Assembly (NCBI GenBank): GCA_964291415.2
Contig: OZ219918.1
Span: 544,001-608,000 of the forward strand
Direction of reading: 5' to 3'
From: Alphaproteobacteria bacterium
Lineage (GTDB): Bacteria; Pseudomonadota; Alphaproteobacteria; SP197
Length of the DNA: 64,000 bases
The position numbers were made by a program, and so were the translations under genes. Positions 1 through 15,355 of this stretch are shown one piece after another. The notes below the pieces were generated by a model. That model did not search any database. It saw only the letters and a list, made by a program, of their open reading frames with translations, and had not been told where the DNA came from. Positions within the stretch are counted from its first letter, which is position 1, and each line of letters starts with the position of its first letter.

Positions 1-711
1 GAAGGTCACACCGCGCACGAGTTCGAACGGCAGATCGCCGATCTCCGCCCGCTTCTGGCCGACTGGTGGAAGGTGCGCACGAGTTCCAGGACCGGCAACC
101 CGGTTTACGTCGAGCCGTCCGTGATCATTCTCTACCGCTCCGACCACAGATTCATGCTCGATACGGTCATTCCCGGTAGGGGAGCATCTCCGGAAGGCTA
201 CGACCTCGTTATCGCGGCGCAGCCGTATCGCGCACGCCACGCCGCAGATTTCAAGGTGCGGTTCGTGCTCGAGCCCCTGGCCGCTTCGCTTGCAAAGGGC
301 GGGCGCATGATCGCCATCCAGTCGACGGGGCAGGATCCGGGCATGGAGATCATCCGCAAGATCTGGCCCGCGGAGGAACCGTTCCGGACTCCGGGACCGG
401 TGCTCATGCAGGAACTGCGTTCCCGGCTCAAGACTGAGTTTCCGAATCGCGAGTTCGGCATCGACGGCGAGTCGAACAGCATTTTCCGCTATTCCCTGCA
501 CGTCATGCCGAACGAGGTCGCCGAAAACATCGGGACCTCGACCCGGCTGGCGGCGTGGAATGCCGCGGTGTACGTCGCCCAGATAGACGACGAGCGCATC
601 ACCCGCGCCATGTCCGGGGGCGCCTACCTCGATGCGACGGCCGAAGTCGTGACGCGCCATGGCGGGCTGTGGTTCGTCGACGAATCGTTCGTGGTCGTAC
701 GACTCAGATGA
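1..711 (+). CDS. Conserved hypothetical protein, C-terminal part (5' end outside window)
   Basis: Frame open from base 1 (EGHTAHEFERQIADLRPLLADWWKVRTSSRTGNPVY...) to TGA at 709-711; coding-like codon usage; no family confidently recognised. Confidence 0.7.
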   Translation, partial: EGHTAHEFERQIADLRPLLADWWKVRTSSRTGNPVYVEPSVIILYRSDHRFMLDTVIPGRGASPEGYDLVIAAQPYRARHAADFKVRFVLEPLAASLAKGGRMIAIQSTGQDPGMEIIRKIWPAEEPFRTPGPVLMQELRSRLKTEFPNREFGIDGESNSIFRYSLHVMPNEVAENIGTSTRLAAWNAAVYVAQIDDERITRAMSGGAYLDATAEVVTRHGGLWFVDESFVVVRLR

Positions 712-716
712 CGTGA

Positions 717-3688
<2,972 letters not shown>

Positions 3689-3769
3689 ACGTCTCGCCGG
3701 TGACGGCGGTTGTCATTTTTCGGGTGGTAGGTAGAGTGAGACCGGACGGTCCATGAACCGGATAGTGAC

Positions 3770-4938
3770 GTGAATCTACACGAGTACCAGGCCAAGGCCC
3801 TGTTGTCCGCCAGGGGCGTTCCCGTTCCCCTCGGCCAGGTTGCCGCCAGTGCGGACGACGCGGTTGCCGCCGCGCGAGAGCTGGGCGGGGACGTGTGGGT
3901 GGTCAAGGCCCAGGTGCATGCCGGTGGCCGGGGAAAGGCTGGCGGAATCCGTGTCTGCCGCAGTCTCGACGAGGTGGGGAAGGCCGCGGACGCCATGATC
4001 GGCAGCCGCCTGGTCACCCACCAGACGGGGCCCGATGGCAATCCGGTCAACCTCGTCTACATCGAGGAAGGACTCTCGATCGCCTCCGAACTCTACCTTG
4101 CCATTCTCGTGGACCGCGCCACGGCCTCCATGGCCATCATCGCCTCGCTCGACGGCGGCATGGATATCGAGGAGGTCGCCGCGAAAACGCCTGAACGGAT
4201 TGTCACCCTGGCCATTGATCCCGCTTGCGGACTCCAGCCCTTTCATGGCCGCCGACTTGCCGCCGCCCTGGGACTCGGTGGCGATGTCGCGAAGCAGGCA
4301 TCCGCCATTCTCGGGTCGATGGCGGAGACGTTCCAGGAATTGGATGCCAGCCTCCTGGAGATCAATCCGCTCGTTGTCACCGCCTCGAACGACCTCGTCG
4401 TTCTCGACTGCAAGGTCAACATCGACGACAACGCCCTCTTCCGGCACCCCGATCTCGTTGCCATGCGTGACCCCGACCAGGAAGATCCGGCGGAGCGGGA
4501 GGCCAATGCCATTGGCCTCAACTATGTCAAGCTCGATGGCACCATCGGCTGCATGGTGAACGGCGCCGGCCTTGCCATGGCGACCATGGATATCTGCAAG
4601 CTCGCCGGCGGCGAGCCGGCCAATTTCCTTGATGTCGGGGGTGGCGCCACGAGGGACCAGGTGGCGGCAGCCTTCAGGGTCATCGTCTCGGACGCCAACG
4701 TTCGCGCCATTCTCGTCAACATCTTTGGCGGCATCATGCGTTGCGACGTGATCGCCCAAGGCGTGGTGGACGCGGCGCGGGAACTCGATCTCGAGGTGCC
4801 TGTCATCGTCCGCCTCGAGGGGACCAACGTGGACCAGGGAAAGGCGATACTCCAGCAGTCAGGGATGGCGATCATCCCGGCCGACGATCTCGGCGACGCC
4901 GCTGCCAGAGCCGTGGCGGCCATCGGTGGAGGCGGATG

Positions 4939-4939
<1 letters not shown>
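3770..4939 (+). CDS. sucC: Succinyl-CoA synthetase beta subunit
   Basis: [44 protein letters not shown]. Confidence 0.97.
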
Positions 4940-5814
<875 letters not shown>

Positions 5815-5848
5815 GGGAGGCTGCCCCGCGAGCGGGCAGCGTGACACC

Positions 5849-8728
5849 ATGGACGAGCATAGAGACGACGTCTCCTACCTCTACGGACACAACACGAACT
5901 ACATCGAGGAACTCTACGCACAGTACGTCACGGACCGGTCCCTGGTCGGTGAGGCATGGCGGGAGATCTTCGATGATCTGGCCAGCGACGAGGCGGCCAC
6001 GCGTTCGGAGCTGTCGATCACCCGCGGCCATCACGGCGTGGCGGATCACCACAATGGCGGGCAGGCATCGCCTGTTGCGGTACCGCTGCCGACCGGGGCG
6101 CCGCCGCCGCCGGGCAGCCGGGAATCGGTGGCCGAGTTCGCTCTCGCTCGCGACAGCATCCGCATCCTGATGATGATCCGCGCCTATCGCGTGCGCGGAC
6201 ACCTCGCGGCCGACCTCGATCCCCTTGGGCTCGACAGCGACCGCAATCATCCCGAACTCGAACCGCGGACCTATGGGTTCATCGAGCAGGACTATGGCCG
6301 CGAGTTTTTCGTCGACGGTGTTCTCGGCCTGCAGCGGGCGACCCTTGAACAGATTCTCGATGTCGTGCGCCGGACGTACTGCGGCACCATCGGCGTGGAG
6401 TTCATGCATGTGCAGAGCGCGGAGGAAAAGTCCTGGATCCAGCGCAAGTTCGAGGGATCGCGCAGCGATGCCGAACTCGATTCGGAAGAGAAGAAAAGGG
6501 TGCTCTCGGAGATCACCCGGGCCGAGGGTTTCGAGAAGTTTCTCAACATCAAGTACCCGGGCGCCAAGAGATTCTCCCTCGAGGGCGCCGAGAGCACCAT
6601 CGCCGCCATGGAGACCATCATTCGCGGCGCCGCGCATCTCGGCGTCGAGGAGATCGTCCTCGGCATGCCGCACCGTGGTCGCCTCAACGTGCTCACCAAT
6701 GTCATGGGGAAGCCTTATGCCCAGGTCTTCTCGGAGTTTCACGGGGAGGCAGGGCACCCGGATGCGGTGCAGGGCGCCGGTGATGTCAAGTACCACCTCG
6801 GCACCTCGTCGGACCGGCAGGTCGCCGACGGCCGCACCATTCATCTCTCGCTGACCGCCAATCCCTCCCACCTGGAGGCGGTCTGTCCCGTGGTTCAGGG
6901 GCGGGTGCGTGCCAAGCAGGCCCTCGCCGATGACGACGACCGCAAGAAGGTCATGGGCCTGCTCCTGCACGGAGACGCGGCGTTCGCCGGCCAGGGCCTG
7001 GTGGCCGAGACCCTGGGCATGTCGGAGCTGCGTGGACACAAGACGGGTGGCACCATCCACCTTATCGTCAACAACCAGATCGGCTTCACGACGAGCCCGA
7101 AGTACTCGCGATCGTCACCCTATCCCAGTGATGTGGCCAAGATGGTGATGGCGCCGATCTTCCACGTGAACGGTGACGACCCCGAGGCGGTCGTTCACGT
7201 TGCCAAGCTGGCGGTCAAGTACCGCCAGGAATTTGGGCGCGATGTCGTCGTCGACATCTTCTGCTACCGCCGGCATGGCCACAACGAGGGGGACGAGCCG
7301 GCGTTCACGCAACCGTTGATGTACGGACAGATCGCCAAGCAGGCGACCACGCGCGAACTCTATGCCGAGAGGCTGGTGTCCGAAGGAGCCATCGTGCCCG
7401 CCGAATCCGAGGCCATCAGCCGCAGCTACTACCAGGTGCTGGACGAGGCCCTGGAGGCGGCGGCGGGATTCCGCACCAACAAGGTCGACTGGCTGGAGGG
7501 GGTCTGGTCGGGGATCGAGGTCGCCGACAGGGATGGCGCACGGCGCGGCAAGACAGCCGTGACTGTGGACGACCTGCGCGGTATCGGCCGCGCCATCTGC
7601 ACGATTCCCGAAAACCACAACGTTCACCGGAAACTCCGGCGCATCATCGACCAGCGCCGGGAGATGATCGAATCGGGCCGCAACATCGACTGGGCCACGG
7701 CCGAGGCACTGGCTTTCGGCACGTTGTGCTACGAACGGGCCAACGTGCGCCTGTCGGGCCAGGACTGCGGCCGCGGCACCTTCAGTCAGCGCCATTCCGT
7801 CCTGGTGGACCAGGAAACCGAAGAACGCTTCATCCCCCTCAATCACATCAGCGAGGATCAGGGCACCTTCGAAGTGATCGACAGCATGTTGTCGGAAGCG
7901 GCGATCCTCGGATTCGAGTACGGCTACAGCCTTGCCGATCCCAACACGCTGGTCCTGTGGGAGGCCCAGTTCGGCGATTTCTCGAATGGCGCCCAGGTGA
8001 TCATCGACCAGTTTCTCTCGGCCGGGGAGAGCAAGTGGTTCCGCATGTCGGGGCTCGTCATGCTGTTGCCCCACGGCTACGAGGGCCAGGGCCCCGAACA
8101 CAGTTCGGCCAGGCCCGAGCGCTATCTCCAGCTGGCCGCCGAAGACAACCTGCAGATCGCCAATTGTTCCACGCCGGCCTCCTATTTCCACATCCTGCGC
8201 CGGCAGATGAAGCGCAAGTTCCGGAAGCCGATTGTCATCTTCACGCCGAAGTCCCTGCTGCGGCACCGGCGCTGCGTGTCGGGCATCGAGGAGTTTTCCG
8301 GCGACACGCAATTCCACCGCATGCTCTGGGACCTCGATGACGCCAATCGGGGCGAGGACATCGCCCGCCTCGTCCTGTGCACGGGCAAGGTCTACTATGA
8401 CCTTCTCGAGAAGCGCGAAGAGCTTGGCCTCGCCAACACCACGCTGGCGCGGGTCGAGCAACTGTCGCCGTTTCCGGTCGACCTGGTCCAGGAAGTCGTC
8501 GACGTCTATCCCGGCGCCGAGGTCATCTGGTGCCAGGAGGAGCCGCGCAACATGGGTGCCTGGACCTATGTGCGCGACAAGCTTGACCAGGCGATCGAGG
8601 CAGGAACGCTGACAATGCCCCCGATCCGCTATGTTGGCCGGCCTGACGCCGCTTCGCCGGCGACGGGTTACATCAGGGTCCATGAACGCGAGCAGGAGGC
8701 GCTGGTGTGCCAGGCGCTCACGGGTTGA
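5849..8728 (+). CDS. sucA: 2-oxoglutarate dehydrogenase E1
   Basis: KRFSLEGAES, GMPHRGRLN, HGDAAFAGQG (TPP), WEAQFGDF, LPHGYEGQGPEHSS. Confidence 0.97.
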   Translation: MDEHRDDVSYLYGHNTNYIEELYAQYVTDRSLVGEAWREIFDDLASDEAATRSELSITRGHHGVADHHNGGQASPVAVPLPTGAPPPPGSRESVAEFALARDSIRILMMIRAYRVRGHLAADLDPLGLDSDRNHPELEPRTYGFIEQDYGREFFVDGVLGLQRATLEQILDVVRRTYCGTIGVEFMHVQSAEEKSWIQRKFEGSRSDAELDSEEKKRVLSEITRAEGFEKFLNIKYPGAKRFSLEGAESTIAAMETIIRGAAHLGVEEIVLGMPHRGRLNVLTNVMGKPYAQVFSEFHGEAGHPDAVQGAGDVKYHLGTSSDRQVADGRTIHLSLTANPSHLEAVCPVVQGRVRAKQALADDDDRKKVMGLLLHGDAAFAGQGLVAETLGMSELRGHKTGGTIHLIVNNQIGFTTSPKYSRSSPYPSDVAKMVMAPIFHVNGDDPEAVVHVAKLAVKYRQEFGRDVVVDIFCYRRHGHNEGDEPAFTQPLMYGQIAKQATTRELYAERLVSEGAIVPAESEAISRSYYQVLDEALEAAAGFRTNKVDWLEGVWSGIEVADRDGARRGKTAVTVDDLRGIGRAICTIPENHNVHRKLRRIIDQRREMIESGRNIDWATAEALAFGTLCYERANVRLSGQDCGRGTFSQRHSVLVDQETEERFIPLNHISEDQGTFEVIDSMLSEAAILGFEYGYSLADPNTLVLWEAQFGDFSNGAQVIIDQFLSAGESKWFRMSGLVMLLPHGYEGQGPEHSSARPERYLQLAAEDNLQIANCSTPASYFHILRRQMKRKFRKPIVIFTPKSLLRHRRCVSGIEEFSGDTQFHRMLWDLDDANRGEDIARLVLCTGKVYYDLLEKREELGLANTTLARVEQLSPFPVDLVQEVVDVYPGAEVIWCQEEPRNMGAWTYVRDKLDQAIEAGTLTMPPIRYVGRPDAASPATGYIRVHEREQEALVCQALTG

Positions 8729-8767
8729 CTGCCGCACGCCGCCCTCGAACTTAAGGAAGACCACGCC

Positions 8768-9970
8768 ATGCCAGTCGACATTACGGTCCCGCAACTGGGG
8801 GAATCGGTCGCCGAGGCGACCGTCGCCACCTGGCTCAAACAAAAGGGCGAGACGGTCAACAAGGACGAGCCGTTGCTCGAACTCGAAACCGACAAGGCCA
8901 CCATGGAGGTCTACGCGCCGGTTGCCGGCATCATTACCGATATCCTCCACGCGGAGGGCGCCGATGTTGCCGTCGGCGCCGTGGTGGGACGTATCACCGC
9001 AGGTGCAGGAGACGTTCGTCCGGAGAAGCCGGTGGAAGCGAACCTGTCGCCGGCCGTGCGCCGCGCCCTCGCCGAACACGGTCTTGATGCTGCGGATGTC
9101 ACGGGGACCGGCAAGGACGGACGGCTGACCAAGGCCGACGTTCTGGAGCACGCCAGACGCACTGCCGAGTCCCCGCCGGCCACTGCCACGCCCGCGCCGC
9201 AGACGGTGCCGGACCCGCCGGCTGCTCCCCAACCGGCAACATCGGTCCCACCGTCACCTCCTGACCCGGAGGGGCGCGAGGAACGGGTGCGCATGAACCG
9301 CCTGAGGAAGAGAATTGCCGAGAGACTGAAGGCTGCCCAGAACACGGCGGCAATGCTGACGACCTTCAACGAGGCGGACATGACGGCCGTCATGGAGGCC
9401 CGGCGGACCTACCGCGATCTCTTCGAGAGGAAACACGGCGTACGCCTTGGCTTCATGTCCTTCTTCGTGCACGCCGCGGTCCAGGCTCTCATGGACGTCC
9501 CCGCCGTCAACGGCGAGATCGCCGGAGACGAGATCGTCTACAAGCACTACTACCATGTCGGCGTTGCGGTGAGTGCACCGCAGGGTCTTGTCGTGCCGGT
9601 GCTGCGTGATGCCGATCGCATGTCTCTTGCCGATGTCGAGAAGGCCATCGCGGCCTTCGCTGCAAAGGCACGCGACGGCAATCTCGTTCCCGATGACCTT
9701 ACCGGCGGTACGTTCACGATCTCGAACGGCGGCATCTTCGGTTCGCTCTTGTCAACCCCGATTCTCAATCCGCCGCAGTCGGCCATTCTCGGCATGCACA
9801 AGATCCAGGAGCGACCCGTCGTCGTGGCAGGAGAGGTGGTCGCGAGACCCATGATGTACCTCGCACTCTCCTATGATCACCGCATCATCGACGGACGCGA
9901 GGCGGTGACCTTCCTGGTGCGGATCAAGGAGGCCATCGAGGACCCGCAGCGCCTGTTGCTGAAGATCTGA
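8768..9970 (+). CDS. sucB: Dihydrolipoamide succinyltransferase E2
   Basis: Lipoyl ELETDKA, E3-binding [13 protein letters not shown], catalytic DHRIIDG. Confidence 0.97.
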   Translation: MPVDITVPQLGESVAEATVATWLKQKGETVNKDEPLLELETDKATMEVYAPVAGIITDILHAEGADVAVGAVVGRITAGAGDVRPEKPVEANLSPAVRRALAEHGLDAADVTGTGKDGRLTKADVLEHARRTAESPPATATPAPQTVPDPPAAPQPATSVPPSPPDPEGREERVRMNRLRKRIAERLKAAQNTAAMLTTFNEADMTAVMEARRTYRDLFERKHGVRLGFMSFFVHAAVQALMDVPAVNGEIAGDEIVYKHYYHVGVAVSAPQGLVVPVLRDADRMSLADVEKAIAAFAAKARDGNLVPDDLTGGTFTISNGGIFGSLLSTPILNPPQSAILGMHKIQERPVVVAGEVVARPMMYLALSYDHRIIDGREAVTFLVRIKEAIEDPQRLLLKI

Positions 9971-9993
9971 ACGGGCTTTGAGGGAGAGCGATC

Positions 9994-11385
9994 ATGGCCG
10001 AACGTGACTTCGATGTTGTGGTCATTGGCGCCGGCCCGGGAGGCTACGTCTGCGCCATCCGCTGCGCCCAGCTCGGGCTCAGGACCGCCTGCGTCGACAA
10101 GCGTGCGACGCTTGGCGGCACGTGTCTCAACATCGGCTGCATTCCCTCGAAGGCGCTCCTGCAGTCATCCGAACTCTTCGAGCAGACGGCTCACCTCAAG
10201 AGCCACGGCATTCTGCCCGGTGAAGTCGGTCTCGATCTTTCCGCCATGATGGCGCGCAAGGACAAGGTGGTGACGACGCTCACCAAGGGCATCGCTGCGC
10301 TTTTCCGAAAGAACGGCATCACGCATCTTTCGGGAACCGGCCGCATCCTCGATTCCCACACCGTCGATGTCGATGGCAACTCCGTCACCGCGGACCACAT
10401 CGTCATCGCCACGGGCTCGGACCATGCGACTCTTCCCGGCATCGAGATCGACGAGAAGCGGGTCGTGTCGTCGACGGGCGCCCTGTCGCTCGCCGAGGTG
10501 CCCCGGAGCATGATTGTTATCGGCGCCGGTTTCATCGGTCTGGAAATGGGGTCCGTGTGGCGGCGTCTCGGTACCAGGGTCACGGTGGTCGAGTACCTCG
10601 ACCGCATTGTCCCCGGCATGGATGGCGAGATCGCCGGGCAGTTCCAGAAACTGTTGCGGCGCCAGGGGCTCGTGTTCCGTCTTGCCAGCCAGGTGACTGC
10701 CGTGACTCCGGGCAAGGACGATGTCGAAGTCACCCTGGAGCCGGCCGGGGGCGGCTCGTCGGAGACCCTGACGACGGAGATCGTGCTGGTCAGCATCGGC
10801 CGCAAGCCCTTCACCGAAGGTCTTGGCCTTGCCGAGGCCGGTGTCGCCACCGACGACAAGGGGCGCATCAAGGTGGATGGCCGTTTTGCCACCAGTCAGC
10901 CTGGAATCCATGCCATCGGCGACTGCGTTGCCGGAGCCATGCTCGCACACAAGGCCGAGGACGAGGGCATTGCCGTTGCCGAGACCCTGGCCGGCGGTGC
11001 GGGGCACGTCAATCACGATGTCATTCCTGGCGTCGTCTACACGAGTCCCGAGGCGGCGTCGGTCGGCAAGACGGAAGAGGAATTGCAGGCCGCCGGTGTG
11101 GACTACGTTGCCGGGCGCTTTCCCATGATCGCCAACTCCAGGGCGCGCACCTACGACGAGACGGCGGGAATGGTGAAGGTTCTCGCCGACAGGTCGACCG
11201 ACCGGGTGCTGGGAGTGCATATTCTCGGAACGGCCGCCGGCGAACTGATCGCCGAGGCCGCGGTCGCCATGGAGTTCGGCGCATCGTCGGAAGACCTGGC
11301 CCGCACCTGCCATGCCCATCCGACATTCTCCGAGGCCGTCCGCGAGGCAGCGCTCGCCGTCGACGGTCGCGCCATACACGCCTGA
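9994..11385 (+). CDS. lpdA: Dihydrolipoamide dehydrogenase E3
   Basis: GAGPGGY, GGTCLNIGCIPSK, HAHPTFSE. Confidence 0.97.
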   Translation: MAERDFDVVVIGAGPGGYVCAIRCAQLGLRTACVDKRATLGGTCLNIGCIPSKALLQSSELFEQTAHLKSHGILPGEVGLDLSAMMARKDKVVTTLTKGIAALFRKNGITHLSGTGRILDSHTVDVDGNSVTADHIVIATGSDHATLPGIEIDEKRVVSSTGALSLAEVPRSMIVIGAGFIGLEMGSVWRRLGTRVTVVEYLDRIVPGMDGEIAGQFQKLLRRQGLVFRLASQVTAVTPGKDDVEVTLEPAGGGSSETLTTEIVLVSIGRKPFTEGLGLAEAGVATDDKGRIKVDGRFATSQPGIHAIGDCVAGAMLAHKAEDEGIAVAETLAGGAGHVNHDVIPGVVYTSPEAASVGKTEEELQAAGVDYVAGRFPMIANSRARTYDETAGMVKVLADRSTDRVLGVHILGTAAGELIAEAAVAMEFGASSEDLARTCHAHPTFSEAVREAALAVDGRAIHA

Positions 11386-11392
11386 CGGTCGC

Positions 11393-12367
11393 TCAGGCCC
11401 GTGGATGGGCCTTCTGGTAGACCTCGAGGAGACCGCCGGCGTCGATACGGGTGTAGCGTTGGGTCGTTGTCAGGCTGGCATGGCCGAGCAGTTCCTGAAT
11501 GGTCCTCAGATCCACGCCGTTGCCGAGGAGGTGGGTGGCAAAGCTGTGGCGCATGGCATGGGGAGTCGCGGTCGCGGGAAGACCGAGGCGTTTCCTCAGT
11601 TCCCGGAAGCGCTTCTGGGCGACGCCTGGATTGAGCCGGCCGCCGCGGGTGCCGATGAAGAGGGGGCTTTCCGGTGGCGCTCCGTCGGGGCGATGACGCA
11701 GGTAATCCAGCAGCGCTTCCCTGACCCGCGGGAGCAACGGCACCATGCGCGCCTTGTTCCCCTTGCCGACGATTCGCAGGGTCTCGCTGCCGGAAATGTC
11801 CCTGACATCGAGAGCCAGCGCTTCCCCCAGTCTCAATCCGCCACCGTAGAGCAGCATCATGAGGGCGAGATCGCGTTTGCCGATCCAGACCCTCGTTGCC
11901 GAATCCTCCGCGCAGGCCAGCACGTCGGTAGCCTCGTCCATGGTCAGCGGCCTTGGCACCTGCCGCGGAACCCTTGAAGCCCGCGCATTGTGGATTGCAG
12001 GATTGGACACCACGCCCTGCCGATCGAGGTACTGGAAGAAGCTCTTCACGGCTGAGAGGGCCCGGGACGTCGATGTTCTGGCGAGGCCGCGCGCTGCCCG
12101 GCTGGCGAGCCACGATCGCAGGTCGCCATGGTCGAGGGAACCCAGTGTCGAAAGGCGTGTTTCCTCACCGTGGTGGTCGGCCATGAAGGCGACGAACTCC
12201 CTGAGGTCGCGGTGGTAGGCAACGACGGTGTTGTGCGCGAGGCGACGCTCGGACGCCAGCTGCTCAAGCCACGCTGCCGCCAGTCCTGCCACCTCTCCGG
12301 TGACGGCACGTGGCGCGGCGGGGTCCGGATGTGAGTTGTCCTGTGCCGGTGTCGTCCGGCTCCCCAT
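11393..12367 (-). CDS. xerC: Tyrosine recombinase XerC
   Basis: GLRLGE, GKGNKAR, HAMRHSFATHLL, LGHASLTTTQRY catalytic set; usual position between lpdA and priA. Confidence 0.9.
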   Translation of the reverse strand: MGSRTTPAQDNSHPDPAAPRAVTGEVAGLAAAWLEQLASERRLAHNTVVAYHRDLREFVAFMADHHGEETRLSTLGSLDHGDLRSWLASRAARGLARTSTSRALSAVKSFFQYLDRQGVVSNPAIHNARASRVPRQVPRPLTMDEATDVLACAEDSATRVWIGKRDLALMMLLYGGGLRLGEALALDVRDISGSETLRIVGKGNKARMVPLLPRVREALLDYLRHRPDGAPPESPLFIGTRGGRLNPGVAQKRFRELRKRLGLPATATPHAMRHSFATHLLGNGVDLRTIQELLGHASLTTTQRYTRIDAGGLLEVYQKAHPRA

Positions 12368-12370
12368 GGA

Positions 12371-13036
12371 TCAGGATCCCTTGAGGATGGTCTGGCCCGT
12401 CTTCTTCCAGTCCGTCAGGAAGGCCTCGAGACCCTTGGAGGTCAGCGGGTGATCCACCAGCCGGCGCAGCACGCCAGGTGGAAGCGTGGCGACGTCGGCG
12501 CCCGAAAGTGCCGCCTGACGCAGGTGGGCCGGCGAACGGATCGATGCGACGAGAATGCGCGTGTCGAGCTCGGGATAGTTGTCATAGACCTCGCGGATAT
12601 CGTCGATGAGCTCCATTCCGTCGTGACCGATGTCGTCGAGTCGGCCGACAAAGGGAGAGATGAAGGCTGCTCCCGCCTTGGCGGCGAGCAGGGCCTGGTT
12701 GACGGAAAAACACAAGGTGACATTGACCGCAGTACCGTCATCGCTCAGCGCCTTGCACGTCTTGAGCCCGTCCCAGGTCAAGGGCACCTTGACGGTGATG
12801 TTGGGGGCGAGTTCGGCGAGACCCTGCCCCTCGGCCAGCATGGTGTCGAAGTCGGTGGCGGTCACCTCGACACTCACCGGGCCGCTGACCACCGTGCAGA
12901 TGTCGTCGATGACATCCCTGAAGTGACGGCCGGTCTTGGCGATGAGCGACGGGTTGGTGGTGACGCCATCCACCATGCCGGTAGCAGCGAGATCGCGGAT
13001 CTCGTCCACATCAGCCGTATCGACAAAGAACTGCAT
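12371..13036 (-). CDS. tal: Transaldolase / fructose-6-phosphate aldolase (short type)
   Basis: [37 protein letters not shown]. Confidence 0.93.
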   Translation of the reverse strand: MQFFVDTADVDEIRDLAATGMVDGVTTNPSLIAKTGRHFRDVIDDICTVVSGPVSVEVTATDFDTMLAEGQGLAELAPNITVKVPLTWDGLKTCKALSDDGTAVNVTLCFSVNQALLAAKAGAAFISPFVGRLDDIGHDGMELIDDIREVYDNYPELDTRILVASIRSPAHLRQAALSGADVATLPPGVLRRLVDHPLTSKGLEAFLTDWKKTGQTILKGS

Positions 13037-13123
13037 GCCGGCGCACCTTCACTGTCTGCAACGAGTCGCGGTCTGGACGGCAGGTGTTCCAACCGGTTGC
13101 CGTCCTCTGGCAGAGTGTAGCGG

Positions 13124-15307
13124 ATGGCCGACAAGGACGCCACAGCCCGGGACACGATCCAGGTCCTCCTGCCCCTGCCGGTGCCCGGGCCCTACGACTA
13201 CCATGTCCCCGAGGGCGTCGAGGCGCCCGTCGGCGCCATTGTACGTGTTCCGCTGGGAAGCAGGATCGTCACGGGCGTCGTGTGGGGACACGAGAGCCCC
13301 GATGTCGATCGCGCCCGCCTGCGTCCCATGGCGGGCCTGTGGGATGTGCCGCCTCTCAAGCGATCCCTCCTCAGGTTCGTGACCTGGGTGGCCCGTTACA
13401 CGGTCAACGCCGAAGGAGCCGTTCTGCGCATGGTGTTGAGGTCGCGCGAAGCGCTCGAGCCACCGCCAGGACGCCGGGCGCTGCAACTCGCCGGTGCACC
13501 GCCCGAGAGAATCACCCCGCAGCGCCAGCGCGTTCTTTCCCTGATGGCCGACGGTTCGCCAAGGCCGGTCGGCGAACTGGCGGCCGAAGCGGGAGTGAGC
13601 GTGGCCGTGCTCAAGGGTCTCGTGGAGACGGGCAGCCTCGAGCCCGTCCTCATTCCCCCGGCGCCGGCTTATGCGCCTCCTGATCCCGGGGCTCCGGGTC
13701 CGAGGCTCAGGGCCGACCAGCGGACCGCGGCCGCAAGTCTCGCCTCGACGCTCGACAGCAACACCTTCACACCCACCCTTCTCGAGGGCGTGACCGGATC
13801 GGGGAAGACAGAAGTCTACTTCGACGCCATCGCGAGGGTTCTGGCAACCGGGCGTCAGGTGCTGGTGCTGCTGCCGGAGATCGCTCTCAGCGCCCAGTTC
13901 CTGAATCGCTTCGAGGAACGGTTCCGGGCGCCGCCCGCCATCTGGCATTCCGATGTGCCGCGCTCGCGGCGTCATCCGGTGTGGCGAGGAGCGGCTACCG
14001 GAGAGGTGCGCATAGTCGTCGGCGCGCGCTCGGCCCTCTTTCTGCCCTTCCGGGATCTCGGTCTGATCGTTGTCGACGAGGAACACGACAGTTCGTACAA
14101 GCAGGAGGACGGTGTCTGCTATCACGCCCGGGACATGGCGATCGTGCGGGCCCACCTGGAGACCATCCCGATCATCCTGTGTTCGGCGACACCCTCAATC
14201 GAGACACTCGTCAACGTGGATCGTGGCCGCTTCAGGCGCGTTGAACTCAAGGCACGCCATGCCGGAGCCCTGTTGCCGGACATCCGCACCGTCGACATGA
14301 CCACGGCCGGAATCGCCCGAGGCAGCTGGCTTTCCGGTCCGCTTGTCCGGGCAATGACGGCTCGCCTCGAAGCAGGCGAGCAGACACTGCTCTTCCTCAA
14401 CCGCCGCGGCTACGCGCCCCTGACGCTGTGCCGGGCGTGCGGTCACCGGTTCTCCTGCCCGGACTGCACCGCGTGGCTGGTGGAGCACCGGTACCTCGCG
14501 CGGTTGCAGTGCCATCACTGCGGCCGCTGGATACCCCGGCCGCAGGCATGCCCTGTCTGCGAGCAGTCCGATTGCCTCGTGGCGTGCGGACCTGGCGTCG
14601 AACGCCTCGACGAGGAGGTGGCGCGCCGGTTTCCCGATGCCCGCCGGGAGGTGATGACATCCGATACCCTCGCCGGACCGCATGCCGTGGCCGATCTGGT
14701 GAGGCGGATCGAGAGCGGCGGTCTCGATATCCTCATCGGCACGCAGATTGCCGCCAAGGGTCATCACTTCCCCCTGCTGACTCTGGTCGGTGTTGTCGAT
14801 GCCGACCTCGGCCTTCATGGCGGTGATCCCAGGGCGATGGAACGCACCTGGCAGTTGCTTCACCAGGTGGCCGGCAGAGCCGGGCGCGAAGAGCGTCCCG
14901 GCGAGGCGTTCCTCCAGACATGGGATCCCGCCCATCCCGTGATGCACGCTCTGCAAACCGGAGCACGGGACGCCTTCATCGAGCGCGAGAAAAGGGAACG
15001 CGAAAAGGGCGGCATGCCGCCCTATGGCCGCCTCGCAGCCGTCATTGTTTCCGGCACCCGGGAGGAGGACGTGCGTTCCCTTGCCCTCTTCCTCGCCCGC
15101 AAGGCGCCTTCGGCGCCGGATATCCGGACCCTTGGTCCGGCACCGGCGCCGCTCGCCATCCTGCGCGGCCGTCACCGCTGGCGCCTTCTGGTCAAGGCGT
15201 CGGCGGAAGCACCGCTGCAGCGTGCCCTGCGCACATGGCTCGATCCGGTTCGCCTCAAGGGTGATCTGCGCCTCCAGATCGACGTCGATCCGCAGAGCTT
15301 CATGTGA
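13124..15307 (+). CDS. priA: Primosomal protein N'
   Basis: GVTGSGKTEVY, DEEHD, LNRRGY followed by four CxxC pairs, QVAGRAGR. Confidence 0.96.
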   Translation: MADKDATARDTIQVLLPLPVPGPYDYHVPEGVEAPVGAIVRVPLGSRIVTGVVWGHESPDVDRARLRPMAGLWDVPPLKRSLLRFVTWVARYTVNAEGAVLRMVLRSREALEPPPGRRALQLAGAPPERITPQRQRVLSLMADGSPRPVGELAAEAGVSVAVLKGLVETGSLEPVLIPPAPAYAPPDPGAPGPRLRADQRTAAASLASTLDSNTFTPTLLEGVTGSGKTEVYFDAIARVLATGRQVLVLLPEIALSAQFLNRFEERFRAPPAIWHSDVPRSRRHPVWRGAATGEVRIVVGARSALFLPFRDLGLIVVDEEHDSSYKQEDGVCYHARDMAIVRAHLETIPIILCSATPSIETLVNVDRGRFRRVELKARHAGALLPDIRTVDMTTAGIARGSWLSGPLVRAMTARLEAGEQTLLFLNRRGYAPLTLCRACGHRFSCPDCTAWLVEHRYLARLQCHHCGRWIPRPQACPVCEQSDCLVACGPGVERLDEEVARRFPDARREVMTSDTLAGPHAVADLVRRIESGGLDILIGTQIAAKGHHFPLLTLVGVVDADLGLHGGDPRAMERTWQLLHQVAGRAGREERPGEAFLQTWDPAHPVMHALQTGARDAFIEREKREREKGGMPPYGRLAAVIVSGTREEDVRSLALFLARKAPSAPDIRTLGPAPAPLAILRGRHRWRLLVKASAEAPLQRALRTWLDPVRLKGDLRLQIDVDPQSFM

Positions 15308-15355
15308 ACAGCCCGCGAAAGCGAGGTTCCGCAGGTCTTCGTTTTCGGGAGCACT

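Noticed and set aside
7115-9232. 705-aa minus-strand ORF and similar long antisense ORFs (18580-20091, 22090-23757, 55961-57379)
   Set aside because: Shadow frames of well-supported genes on the other strand
9170-9270. Pro/Ala/Thr-rich low-complexity segment in sucB
   Set aside because: Normal flexible linker of E2 subunits
11393-12367. Tyrosine recombinase as a prophage or island integrase
   Set aside because: Sequence and position between lpdA and tal/priA fit housekeeping XerC; no att sites or phage genes nearby
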